Positions 1-12,183 of a DNA stretch of 51,504 bases are shown piece after piece. Under the pieces are notes generated by a model. It was not told where the DNA came from, did no database searches, and worked only from the letters and a program-made list of their open reading frames with translations. The DNA lies in the NCBI GenBank assembly GCA_025201805.1, contig MU619358.1, forward strand, positions 46,032 to 97,535. The letters are read 5' to 3'. Made by a program: the position numbers and the translations under genes. Numbering within the stretch: position 1 is the first letter of the stretch; each line of letters opens with the position of its first letter. The stretch comes from Parasitella parasitica NRRL 2501 (lineage: Eukaryota > Fungi > Mucoromycota).

Positions 1-149
1 AAAAAAAAAAAAAATTGAATTATATATTATCACATAGCAGCATTGAAAGATATAGGGAAGAAAGGGATTCAAATTTATTATTACTATATATATGAAAAAT
101 AAAGCGTGGCTCTGAGAGCATTTACCACATTTCCAGCCTTCGCTTCGGC

Positions 150-500
150 AACATTTTGATTTTTGGACAACCTTCAGGGTCATTTTTGTGTACATCTTTG
201 GAGTCTAACATCGAAGGTAAAGATGTATCCTAGTATTGTTACCTTAGCTTTAGCCCCATTACGTTGTCCTTTTTCTTCTGTGTCTGATATCGCGAAAACG
301 AGATTTCGCTGATTTCACAGTAGATGCGCTTATAGCAAGGTATAAAATTTCGCAAGTAAGGCTCACCCAAGTGCATCATTAAAGATGTTAAGCAAGTAGT
401 GGTATTTAATGTGTCTTTACCAAGCTGAAATATAACAATTTAGAGTTGCTTTTGCCTTTTTTACAAAAATTTATAAGGCTGTTTCTCAACAAACACTATT
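150..500. repeat. Degenerate AT-rich dispersed repeat, inverted copy of ~23920-24300
   Basis: cttcagggtcattttt (172-187) is the reverse complement of aaaaatgaccctgaag (~24263). ctgtttctcaacaaac (~479) is the reverse complement of gtttgttgagaaacag (~23931). The intervening sequence is loosely colinear. Confidence 0.6.
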
Positions 501-2598
501 AAAATACATCAAGTTGATGAGTGATTATTGATATTTGTCTCTGATTATATTCGCTAGTAATTGTGCAAATTTGAGGTGATGGAAATGAGAGACTGTTTTT
601 TCATTGTCAGAGACGTGATATATAAACTTCCATGGATTTCAAAGAAATAGAAATATCTGGGTAGAAACAAAGAGAAAGTATATTGAGCAATTTTGCTTGA
701 CTAAAAAGAACGATTTTTGACCCACTTTGATTTATCAGAATGAGAAATCATTCGAATAAGACGGTTGTGAATTAATCAGGTAAAGATCTCGTTTATTACA
801 TGGAGAAAATGATGATTTATATACTAGAGTGAATCTAAATGGACTGATGGAGGGATAAGATACAAGTGTGAGACATGGTGTGATTTAGAGAATGGAACAA
901 TAGATTGTATCTACTGTCCATGAACATGTTCTGTTATATTATGAATAAGGAACATGATCCATAGAAACAAGTTCCTGATAGTGTTTAGGATTGACTTTAC
1001 TTAAGTTTGACTGACGGTTGTGAAATTAGCACATCACACTTACAGCAAAAAGCAATATAATATTTATACTAAAATTGAATAAGAATACAGAAGTTTAAAG
1101 ACATTCTGAGATCAATAAAAATTGATCCCGGCTATCTGAGGATTACAACATATTTGTGTATTAAGTTTTGTACAAGAGTAATTTATATTTTAATAATTCG
1201 AAATACTACGTAACTTTTGCAGATAAGAAAGCCTAAAATCATGATTGTAGTAAAAAGTGTAAAAAACAACAATAGATACCATTTAATTCCTTCTTTATTT
1301 CGGCAATAGCGTAACGTGCAAAAAAAGTTAGACATTTCTACTCTATTCATATTCCTTGTTGTAAACGTCTGTCAGTCAGTTATGCCGTAACTGCCAGTCT
1401 AACCAAGTTCAAGTTTGTCTGTATTCGATTTTACTTAATTAGGTACGGTATTCTAATCGCGATATTTCTGACACAATTGTAAATGACATGCTTGAACCAG
1501 TCCTTACATTGGACTATGCGTTCCAAATGTGGTTTGCGGTTCGATTTCTTTTAGTTAATTCTTAATTCATTATGAATGCTTCCTGGTTTCACTGTTGGAT
1601 ATTTAGGTAATCTATTGGTTGGCTTGATTGGGAATCTCTAATAAGGTAACGCCGCAAAAGATGACATTCAATTACTTTTTTTTGTAGAAAGTTCAATCAC
1701 TTCACCACAATCAGGTTTGTGAAATACATTCACCATGATGATCTGCATTCCACTTCTAGATTCATCCAGTTACCTTAAATGATATAAACTACATATGCGC
1801 ACAGATAATAAGNNNNNNNNNNNNNNNNNNNNNNNNNNNNNNNNNNNNNNNNNNNNNNNNNNNNNNNNNNNNNNNNNNNNNNNNNNNNNNNNNNNNNNNN
1901 NNNNNNNNNNNNNNNNNNNNNNNNNNNNNNNNNNNNNNNNNNNNNNNNNNNNNNNNNNNNNNNNNNNNNNNNNNNNNNNNNNNNNNNNNNNNNNNNNNNN
2001 NNNNNNNNNNNNNNNNNNNNNNNNNNNNNNNNNNNNNNNNNNNNNNNNNNNNNNNNNNNNNNNNNNNNNNNNNNNNNNNNNNNNNNNNNNNNNNNNNNNN
2101 NNNNNNNNNNNNNNNNNNNNNNNNNNNNNNNNNNNNNNNNNNNNNNNNNNNNNNNNNNNNNNNNNNNNNNNNNNNNNNNNNNNNNNNNNNNNNNNNNNNN
2201 NNNNNNNNNNNNNNNNNNNNNNNNNNNNNNNNNNNNNNNNNNNNNNNNNNNNNNNNNNNNNNNNNNNNNNNNNNNNNNNNNNNNNNNNNNNNNNNNNNNN
2301 NNNNNNNNNNNNNNNNNNNNNNNNNNNNNNNNNNNNNNNNNNNNNNNNNNNNNNNNNNNNNNNNNNNNNNNNNNNNNNNNNNNNNNNNNNNNNNNNNNNN
2401 NNNNNNNNNNNNNNNNNNNATACACCTGTCGATTTGATAATAAAACCTATACCTTATCAAGTTGACTTTATTGTTTTTTTATTATAATTTTTTTCCGTGA
2501 ATCCCTATAACAATTTATACCGATTCCACAAGGTTAATTACGGAACATAATATCACAATATTCCCAACAGTAACAAAACAACAAATTGTGCTAAAATC

Positions 2599-2900
2599 AC
2601 CGTAGAACCATGATCTAACTTGGAAAACTTGGCGTTGACTCACCTCTATCTGGCAACAACGTTGGCTTCCATGTTTTTATTACTAACCATAAAGTTATCA
2701 CATGATATCACAAATTTACATATCAGAATTGCATATAATCCATCATAGGCTTCGATAAACAGCAAAATAAACACTGTCTTATGCGCCATAAAAGATCAAG
2801 CATGATCATCGCTATCTGAGCATAACTTGGGTTCCACTGGGCAATGCCTCTATCAAAAGTTATCTGCAAAAAACAATTTGAAAATTTTGGTGTCGGAGTT
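2599..2900 (+). repeat. Near-identical ~300-bp repeat, inverted copy of the window end (51205-51504); degenerate similarity continues to ~3980
   Basis: accgtagaaccatgatctaacttgg...ttttggtgtcggagtt matches the reverse complement of 51205-51504 with one small indel and one substitution seen. Weaker matches: ~3195-3220 vs ~50890-50915 and ~3925-3975 vs ~50715-50770. Confidence 0.95.
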
Positions 2901-4489
2901 GGAAATAGTATATCACGTGATATATCTGTGGTTAAATTAAAGAGGAAAGTAAACTTTATATGTGCAATTAAAGACATGTGGATAAAATATTGTCTTGAGG
3001 AAAGCTTTACTTTAATATTTTTAAAAATTATAACCTTGTCAGTGCTCATTTCTACTTTTCAGTTTTACAAATGAACTTGATTAGAGATATTTTCTCACAT
3101 AGTTTAATGATAGCTGAAATCTGTTTGATAAAATGGTCTATTTTACGATGCATTTAGTGGACATTGTAGTCATCATGATGTTTGTTACAAAATCAAACGA
3201 GCTTTTTATGGGGTTTCAGATTCGATATTATTGTTAATCTAGAATTAATCCAGCTGCTACTTCCATGAACAGACGCTTTATCAAATTATTGTTGTATCCA
3301 TAGAATACCATGGTTACCACTATTTCAACTCAGTTGTCATGGCAACCGTTCCTGATCGGATCTAAGGTTAAATGGCATCGATTATTCTATCTAGTAAATA
3401 GAAGTATTCAATAGAATGTCTTGTATAAGAAACCATCTATTTGGGTTCTACTTATTCTAAATTGCGAAGCTCAACTTATCGATGAATGATTCACATTCAT
3501 AACGATTAGCTGATTAAATATAGAAATAGGTCTTGCTCTGACTACTACTGTGTTATAATCATGTTTGACAATTAAATGTCAAACATGACCTGGTTGTATT
3601 TTATAGATTGATTTAGATAGATTAATTCTAATATAAATAGACATCTTCTTGTCAATCAATAAATCAATAGTTTTTGTATCTGGTAAACTAAATCTTTAAT
3701 TACATTCTTATATTTTTATATCACATACAATCACCTGCTGTGTTCATTTTCAAGACCTGGCATAACAATCATGCAATCGAGCAAAATCAAGTATTGCTTA
3801 TTTATAAAAGAGTATCTGAATTGTGATAAATTGTACTTTGTTCAAAAGTTTCATCGCTCAGAGATACTCTGAATATCTAGCGTTACTTTTTTTCTGTGCC
3901 TGGAATTTAATGTGAATATTTTATATAGATTTACTTGGATAATGATTTGACAATAAAAGGTATTGTTTCATTGCAAAAGGTCCCAGACAAATTTTTAAAA
4001 GGCTAGTTTATTTTGCATCAGCTCTAAGTGGTAAAGCTTTGATCTCATGCCAAATGTAATCATAGTAATATCGCATGAAAAATAGGGCCTGTTTAAATTG
4101 TGGAAGAAAAGAAAGTTCAACCGACATTGTCCTCACGGTAAAGAAATGGGAACTAAAAGTATCAATGTTAAGGGTAGTGACAAGATATGACTATTTTAAT
4201 CAACGAGGAGGGGGTGATTCTTACTAGCCTCTACTCGCATGGTTAGTTGCTCCTCACAAGTCTTACGAATACGGTTGTTGCCTCAAAGCATGAATTGAAT
4301 ATCACTAAAACTTGAGCATTTGTTAACACCTGCTAAATTTGTCGCAAAAGTAAAATTTGCCCATGGGTCTGAGTGTCAGTACCGCTATCAATTGGTTCCA
4401 CGGCGCATCAGATTGATGAATGTACTTGAAAGAGTCACAAGAAGACGTGTGAATACACATTTATCTCTTTGTTTTGAATTATTTACAAT

Positions 4490-4774
4490 ATGCTTAGATA
4501 CAGTATTCGTCGTACATACACATCTTTGAACAGACCTGGTCCTTTGCCGCTGGGAAATAAGAAGCAACAACAAGAAATGTTGGATCTCATTCGCAAAAAG
4601 CAATCAAAAGACGCCGCAAGTGATATCAACGATATTCATGATGATGCTATCAAGAAGCCCGCGCCCGAATTTACTGGTGATGTAAATCCAAAAACTGGCG
4701 AAGTAAATGGACCGAAGAACGAGCCTGTCAAGCATAATGATTGGAGTTTTGGTGGAAGAGTAACAGATTTTTAA
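4490..4774 (+). CDS. SDH8: Succinate dehydrogenase assembly factor 4 (DUF1674 family), mitochondrial
   Basis: 94-aa ORF with an Arg-rich presequence-like N-terminus and the C-terminal signature TGEVNGPKNEP..HNDWSFGGRVTDF. Confidence 0.9.
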   Translation: MLRYSIRRTYTSLNRPGPLPLGNKKQQQEMLDLIRKKQSKDAASDINDIHDDAIKKPAPEFTGDVNPKTGEVNGPKNEPVKHNDWSFGGRVTDF

Positions 4775-4823
4775 ATAAACATTTTACGGGTGCTGGGGAG
4801 GAGGGGGTATTTATTGACAATAA

Positions 4824-5500
4824 CTAAGATGATGACTTCAACTTTGCTTGTCTTGCTTTTTTTCTTGAATGGTATTGTCTTCTGTATGATTCGAATCCAT
4901 CCTGGAATTGTTTAGGAATCTTGGTTAAAAAGCTTAGTCTACCCCCTTGTTCTTTGTTAAATTCCAAATTAAATGACGATAATGCAATGTTGCAATGAGG
5001 GATAAATCTAAACGAATGAATAAACCATCTACTGCTATGCAAAATTTACTTACTTTTGTGCGAAAACAATCTTTTCAGAATACATGCCAGACCGATAGAA
5101 GAAGACTAGGCCGCCTGCCACACTTAATAAAGCGATTGTATTCAATAAATGGAACATAAAAACCTTTCGCATCGTATTAATGAAAAACATCCTTCATATA
5201 AGTAGCATACTTACTTTGCTTGGATCGATAAAGACAGCATAAAAAAAATAAGCGAGCGACATAAATAATCCAACCAAAAGAGCTTGATTTGAGATTATGT
5301 TAGCTTATATTGTAAACTGATGTTTACTAGGTAGCCTATTTACTCTCATATTTTCTCTTTCGCTTTAGTAAACGTGTCATGTTTCCCCGTAAACGCTCTT
5401 CAAAAATAACCAAATCCCTATACGTTGCTGTATTGTTGCTGCTATTGCTGTTCGATGGCCTAGGCTGAGGCCTATTGTTGGCATCCTTTTTAGTATCCAT
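4824..5500 (-). CDS. SPO7: Spo7-like regulatory subunit of the Nem1-Spo7 phosphatase (multi-exon)
   Basis: YRDLVIFEERLRGNM...KRKYE signature, then hydrophobic exons and a C-terminal FIPHCNIAL..FNL...IP..F..GFE.YR. GT-AG introns are visible. Confidence 0.85.
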
Positions 5501-6207
5501 CTTCAAATTTGTTATCAAAAAAAGATAGAAAATGGGGTTTCAAATGATTGGAAATAAGCAAATATATTAGAACAGATGTCTGGTTTTGGTCCAGTCAAAA
5601 TATTAGATGCTCATCCCTACTTTAATCAAGTGATGTTTATATTCGCTAATATCAAGGCATTGAGCAAGGCAATTGTTATACCCAAGGAGAAGAATAATAC
5701 TAATATCGCCACATTAATCGACCTTCCCCTGAATAAAAGATCACAAGATTTCGGTACTTGTAGCAAACATTTAAAGTGACAATCAACACAAGTAAATGAG
5801 CTACTCGATATTGACACAATCCGTGGTTCCCTAGACATGGCGTCATTTCATTTTTAGTTATATAATACAATGCTCCATCATGAATTTACAGCTTATCACT
5901 TTAGGGACAAACTACTTCCCAGTTTTGTATCGATGCTATCACCATTTGTGCACTACTACTATTACCTGGTTAGTCCTAATTCCTTACGATCACCGCTGGC
6001 GACTATTATTAAGACCAAACAGGTCGCACAGATGCATTGACAAAGGTATGATGCAGTGGATTGAGACACCGTCCGAATACATTGATCATCATGACATAAC
6101 TGTGCAATTGGTTTATGCAAGGAAAATAAAAGTAAAACATATAAAAGCGCCATTAACGAGTTTTTTTTTTTTTTTTCTCAATTCTCTACAAAATACTAAA
6201 AATCAAA

Positions 6208-6822
6208 ATGTCTTCCATGTTAACAAAAAGCACTCTTTTCGCTGCCATCGGTCGATCTACAGCTACCAAGGTCATCTATGTTCCCGCTGCTTCTTTGCAT
6301 ATGTCATCTGTCATCTACCGGGAAACCATTGTAGAAAAAGCAAAACATGTTGCTGAGGATTTGAATAAAAAGGTTGGAAAAACAATAGGCAATGCAATTG
6401 AAGGCGCTGAAAACGTTGCCCATACTGCTTCAAACAAGTCCGAAGAACTAAAGCAGTCTGCCTCCAATGTCAACAAGCAAGTAGGAAATAAAGTTGATCA
6501 AGGCTTTGAGGCTGCTGAAGAGCTGAAAAGACAAGCTACCAAGAAGTCTGAAGAATTAAAGGACTCTGCTTCCAGTATAAATAAGGATTTGGGTAAAAAA
6601 GCTAGCCAAGGTGTTGAAACTGCCGAGAGCGTTGGTAATGCGGCCTCTAAGAAGGCTGAACAACTAAAGAGCGAAGCATCCCAAACTGCACAAAATCTAA
6701 AGAAAAAGGCCCCTAGTGAAAAGACTATCATTGACTCTGTTAAAGAAGGTGTTTCCGCTGTTGAAAATGTTATTGACAATGCAGCCAATGGAGCCAATGG
6801 AGCCAACAAAAAGTCAAAGTAA
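6208..6822 (+). CDS. LEA-like Ala/Lys/Glu-rich repeat protein, probably mitochondrial
   Basis: 204-aa single-exon ORF with a presequence-like N-terminus and repeated KSEELKxSAS / KKxxQGxExAE amphipathic units. TATA-like catataaaa at ~6138. Confidence 0.75.
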   Translation: MSSMLTKSTLFAAIGRSTATKVIYVPAASLHMSSVIYRETIVEKAKHVAEDLNKKVGKTIGNAIEGAENVAHTASNKSEELKQSASNVNKQVGNKVDQGFEAAEELKRQATKKSEELKDSASSINKDLGKKASQGVETAESVGNAASKKAEQLKSEASQTAQNLKKKAPSEKTIIDSVKEGVSAVENVIDNAANGANGANKKSK

Positions 6823-6878
6823 AACGCTATATTTACGGAATAAATCTGTTACATTTGTACATAAAAAATCAGCTTTAT

Positions 6879-8265
6879 TTAATCTGCCTCGTATTGAACT
6901 AGTATAGTTTCTTCCATATAAGACACATCCTCTATTGCGCCTTGATGGCAATCTTTTTGGCATACAAAAACTAAAATAGTGCCAAATTCCATACCGACAT
7001 TCCAGCTATCTAATACAGTTTTGGTATCTATTTGTTTTACTTGGGCATGAATTGGTTTGGGAGCAGACTCTTTGGAAGCAAATTCAGTTGTGGGTAAAAT
7101 TGATAGAATATTGGGCATCAACTGAAATTCGAATACTCGGGGCCCTTTACAGTATTTACAAGGACTTGTGATGAGTTGTTGGTCTTGAGGTCTCAAGGCA
7201 GAATAAAAGAGGGGCTGGCCGTTGAATTCGTATCGAACACACTGTGAAGGTGCGTGTTCAACCCTCTCTGTAAACCTTTGAAAATGTTTATCAACGCCTT
7301 TGGGTAAATGCTGCTTTTCATAGGTCTCTCCTTGCCATGTTTCTCCACTATTTCCTTCGTCAATATCCATCAACATGTCCTTTTCCATATCCAAATATTC
7401 TTTATAGCGGCTCATGTCAATGTTCATCGAATCGTAGGCGTCTGTCTTTTCTTGATCAATATATAGATATTGTCCAGGAAACTGCGGCAACTTGGCTGTG
7501 TCAACAGGATCCTCGATGCCTAATTCGTTCATTTGCTGCAAAAGATCTTCATGATGGATATCCTTCTTTGCTGATGCTGCTGTTCCAAATGGTGTTGATG
7601 CGACTATGGATGCTGCACTCGTAGTGGATGGCTTCTTCATACCAAATCCGTTTCCCGTAGAGGGGGCCGAGCCAAATGAACCTGGTGAACCTGATGAACT
7701 GCCCCATAAGTCTCCCAATTGAAATCCATTTCCAAATGCTTTTTGTTGCTTGGCAGCCGCTGCCTTTTGCTTCTCCTCCTTTTTTCGTTTTTCCTCGTCT
7801 TTTTGACGCTGTGCTTTTAAATAAGCTTGATCTACAACATGGGCACGAATGGCTGAAAAACTAAAAAGCCATTCGATTGAATAACCAAATTCCATCAGCT
7901 ATAAAATGTTTGATGCCTACTTACCTTCCGGCTTTTCTCATACATGAACGTCGATTACAAGCCCATACATACAAAACTCGATGGTAGGGGGACTCTTGTA
8001 GGGGAACATAGCTTTGGAAAACCAAGTACATGGGTTTGCGACAAATGCGACATTCGCAAACCTTGACAGATGGAGGTTTGCTTGGCTCAAGCCATAGCTA
8101 TAAAAGACATGTCAGCTGCAAATCAAGGGCAATATCTAGATGTTTACGTACAGGTAGCCCACCTAACTTGGTAACATAAGCGTCGTTGTCAGTTTCAATG
8201 TCTCCATCTGGAATACCCAGCAGAATACAGGACTCCTTTTTGGTTTGTTGCTTTTTGTTTGACAT
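6879..8265 (-). CDS. PDCD2-like / Tsr4-like protein (PDCD2_C domain; uS5 chaperone family), multi-exon
   Basis: N-terminal LLGIPDG...TKLGGLP, then CxxC..PMYLVFQ..P...HRVLYVWAC. C-terminal PSQCVRY..GQPL, C..C.GPRVFEFQLMP and MEFGTILVFVC. Confidence 0.85.
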
Positions 8266-8869
8266 GGAGTATATTTTAGAAAGAGGTTTTTTTTCACAAT
8301 CGTTTGTCGTGACTAGGTAAGCATTGTGTGTAGAAAGATGAAGCCACTTTAGGTGACAGGCCAAATCGAGGTTCATGCAAATCGAGGCCTCCATAAAAAT
8401 TTGATGCATCGGGTTATAGCACATTTTAAATCAAGCTGCAATTTCTATCCGAATCAGTATGACAAACCCAAATATTCCTCCAAAGTATTTTACTTTACTG
8501 TACTGAATGTAGATGGTATATACAATATAACATCATCAAATTGATACAATACCTATTCTTCAAATATAAAAGTATTTAATTTCCTTCAATTAAAATTCAA
8601 AAAAGTCGAAAACCTTCCAAATTCAGAAGGTAATAACCGAATATTTCCCTGCATTTGAGACAGTAAAATTAAATCCTGATTTGCCACGAAATCTCGTTAT
8701 TATTAGAGCCCTGAAGTTAGAAATCATGTATGAACCTTCACATTTTCGATTTATTCTATTAAAAAACAATACATATCAACCACTATTTTGCTTGTTAATA
8801 ATGTATCATCTATGTCATTCGCTTTTAATGGTCGCAAAAGACGCCTTATTGCTATTAATGATGAAAAAG

Positions 8870-10168
8870 AACAAATACCAGATCAGTCGTAAGTCTTGCG
8901 GACAAATCAGCACTTGAACAGCCAGTTTACTTTCATGATGCATACACTCAACAACAATCATAACCAAGAAGTTGGGCATAACTTTGACTACAATTCCGTG
9001 TTAAATGCAATGTCTTTTCAGTTACATCTGCAAAATCGATGACTAAAAGCAAGACAGCAACGAGACATAATCCAAACATTGAAAACAAGTCAGCGATTCC
9101 TGAAATTGCAGCTACAGCTTGCTTTGGGAGGCTAGGGATACGGTAGATTGATGAATTGAGAATTTGGACCAACAAAGGTAAAAACTGGTTGCAAATACGA
9201 CATCCCTTCCAAAACTAGCAAGTTTTCTTTTCTTAGCTTTATTGTACGCCTGCCGCCAAACATGAAGTTCAAAAAAAGACAGTTAGAATGTTATGTTGCA
9301 GGCTCAACTATCATCAATCCTCCAGCTTCGTTTCTAAAGCCATCCAGCGGGCTTCGAAGCAAAGTCCAGACATCCAAAGAGAAAACGGATTACTGGAATG
9401 CCCTGTAGTTGCAATTTCGAATCTGTCTTCTACGCTCAATTGTACATTGCAGAAAGAAAAATGGAGACTATGATGGACTGTATTTCTTTTTATTAAAAAT
9501 TACTAGAATACCTAAAGGTGTAGTGCAAGAAGCAAAAGCAAAAATCAAGAGTCTAGGAAAAATCACAATAATGTTAAACACCGTATATACACAGAATACA
9601 AAGGCTGGAAGTCCAAAGAAGAATTATAAATACTGGACAGAATATGCGGAAGCTGATGTTTTCGAACACTCGACTCTACCCCGCGCTCTCACTTTAGGCT
9701 CCAAGCAAATCAATCAAGATACCGGCTTGTCTACTTTTACAAATTCGGCTCTCGCATAAAGTGGCTCAGACGATTTGGTGGGTTCCGGAAACACCAGCTG
9801 CATGGCCGCTATACACCAACGCTGATAACAAATAAGACATAATACGTCGCAAACGTGTGTTTTCTGCTTCCACAAGCTTTGTCATCCTGTGGTTGCTCTC
9901 AATAGCAAAATGCAGCGAACAGCCGGTTCATTTCTTTGCTTAAATCCCGAATGCCCCAATGCCTTCAAGACAATGTGCCGCGACCAAGTCTCAGCACTTG
10001 CAATTGGTCTTGCTGGTCTTGGTTGCCTTTTGTTTGGAGGAGTTTTCCCCTGCTTCGACCCAAACCCCACCACTGCCAAGCGCATACAATTCAACTAGTT
10101 AGCCCTATGTTTTTTGTACAGAAAACAGATACTGGGCTCGCCTTTCGATGGAGGCAATACTTTTTGAA
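8870..10168 (+). pseudogene. Degenerate Fanzor (eukaryotic TnpB-like RuvC/zinc-ribbon) gene remnant
   Basis: Frameshifted translation of 9746-10098 reads GSRIKWLRRFGGFRKHQLHGRYTPTLITN/HNTSQTCVFCFHKL...GSFLCLNPECP...MCRDQVSALAIGLAG. This fits the TnpB/Fanzor E..TSQ.CxxC...C...C...RD pattern. Many stops and apparent deletions lie upstream. The left boundary is approximate. Confidence 0.7.
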
Positions 10169-10487
10169 GGTTAGTAAACAAATATAAAACGTGGAGATAA
10201 CTCAATATTAATGGAGCGCTGCATTTTTGACTTTGACCTTTTAATACTATTGGGTAAGTGACATTACCATTTATAAATTGTTTATAAAAAGTAACCAAAA
10301 TCATCTGTTTCTTCTTTCGGAATTTAGCTTGATATACCGTTACAGTATTAACGCTCTAAAGTTTCGCACTAAAGCTGTGTGCAAAGGTTAAATCAGATAA
10401 AACTAGCTTCAATGACTATTTTTGACAAATTAAAATTATTTATTTAAGTAGCACAAGAAAGTGCAAAGCAATGTGGTTTATACGTTT

Positions 10488-11857
10488 TTAACAAAAGGTA
10501 TTTGTGTAGAGTACGTCAGACTTCCTGAAGCCGTTGAACTGAGACGCAGCACAGATGGTATACGCACCCATGTTTTCATAATAGAGCCAATCTCCTGGCT
10601 CAAGCTTAGGCAGCTGAGTAGACTTATTCAAGCAATCGATGGAGTCACAAGTAGGCCCCCAAACACTACTTTCGTACTGAGCTTCGGGAACATCTTGGCC
10701 AAACATGAACAATTCGTTTTTTGACAAGACTTTTGGGTGTACAACTTGATGATCAAAAATGATACAATTGAAGGACCCATACATACCATCGTTGACGTAG
10801 TACATGTACTCTGGATTGGCAGTAGCCTTGCAAGTCTCCGTAGCTGCATTGGTGGTTCTTCTGCCAATAACGTTGGTGGCAAGAGTGAAGGCAGACGCTA
10901 CATAGTAGCGGCCTGGTTCCGCAATGACACGGACATCCTTTGGAAACAGGTGATCGACAATAGGACCCAATACAGCGGCGACCTTTTCAAAGGTGATGCC
11001 ATTCTTCACATCAGCACCAGGGAAACCGCCTCCAACATCGAGAAACTTGAAGTCATAGCCCATGGATTTAGCTTGGTCGAAAACGTTCTTTGCACGAACC
11101 ACAGCATCACTAAAAGCATTCTCATCAAGACAGCCACTGCCGACATGGAAGCTGACACCAACGACGTTCAAGTCCAAGTCCTTTGCAGTTTGCAGCAAAT
11201 GCTGAACAGTGTGCAAGGGAGCACCAAATTTGAGTCCTAACTGACACAAGGACATGGAGTCATCTGTCAGAATGCGCAAAACGAGTTCGGCATCGGGATA
11301 GTACTTTTTGATTTTTAAGAGCTCCTCAGCGTTATCAAACGTCATACGACAGACGTTTTGTTGAGCAGCATATCGGATAAAAGAGGCTTGCTTACAGGGA
11401 TTAGCGTAAATGATACGACTGGCATCGACACCAACATCCAAAACCTGCTGGATTTCTTGCTTGGAAGCACAATCAAAGCCGCAGCCTAGAGAGGCCAAAA
11501 GCTGGACTACCATAGGATCTGGGTTGCATTTGATTGCTTTTTTTTTGTGTGTGTCGCTGTTAGTTAATCACTGAAAAAGATCTGTGATCACCTAAACTTA
11601 CCGTAAAAAGGTTCGATTCTAGGAAGCAGCGATTTCCAACGAAAGTGTTGTCGAAGAACTTCGCCTAAATCAGCCACGAAGAAGGCATTCTCTTGATCGG
11701 ATTCCCATTTCTGGTTGGTAATGACATCCAGTCTCTGTTGAAAGACTTCGGGGACAGAGCGATTGAAGACATCGATATCCGGAGAAGTAGGAGCGGCTTT
11801 GAAGAAAGCGCCGTTAGAAGGAGGATTGATAATAACAGTTTCGAGTTCAGTGCGCAT
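10488..11857 (-). CDS. SPE1: Ornithine decarboxylase (exons 11857-11602 and 11536-10488)
   Basis: Spliced PLP-lysine motif PFYAIKCN, plus GFDCASK, IIYANPCK, GVSFHVGSG, LDVGGGFPG, IAEPGRYY, WGPTCDSID and NMGAYT...FNGF. Confidence 0.97.
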
Positions 11858-12060
11858 TTTGAGAAAAGAATTTTTCGAATGAAATAAGGTCGTTGTGGGC
11901 TGGTACTTATACGTTTGTGACGAATTCGCTGGCGAGTTTGTCAGGAGAAGGGTTTTGATTTGTTGGTTAATCGATGGTCAGTAAATATGATGTGATGTTG
12001 TCTGATGAACAAAAAATAATTAAGAGTTTTGAAATGCACGAATTTGGTGAGTTAAGAGTT

Positions 12061-12183
12061 TTAAGAAAGCCAAGGAGGAAAGCCTCGCCGGTCAAATAAA
12101 CTGTCTGCAAGTCTTGTTTCTGAGGCCGTGATGGGCAAGGACGGACTGAGTGCTGGCGCAGTCCGATAAAGGGTCAAAACTAT
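12061..12183 (-). promoter_or_regulatory. Non-AUG upstream ORF (uCC-type) in the ODC 5' leader, ending GFPPWLS*
   Basis: The frame is open from 12231 to 12061 with no ATG. Candidate start is ATA (12183-12181) in the context ACT-ATA-G. Peptide: IVLTLYRTAPALSPSLPITASETRLADSLFDRRGFPPWLS*. No ATG occurs on the sense strand from 11858 to ~12270. Confidence 0.8.

Noticed and set aside
1775-2487. Long ORFs in the track across the first N-gap (also 43653-43943)
   Set aside because: Artefacts of N runs in the assembly.
4205-4256. GAGGAG...CTCCTC hairpin upstream of SDH8 as a possible H/ACA or other ncRNA
   Set aside because: Only a 6-bp closing stem, with no convincing second hairpin or H/ACA boxes.
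8574-8600. 26-nt similarity to 19389-19414 as a shared transposon end
   Set aside because: Very AT-rich and short, so it could be chance.
10461-11240. Antisense ORFs over ODC, and similar ones over COQ1, the FAR fusion, APL4 and EAF6
   Set aside because: Shadow frames of real genes with no independent motifs.
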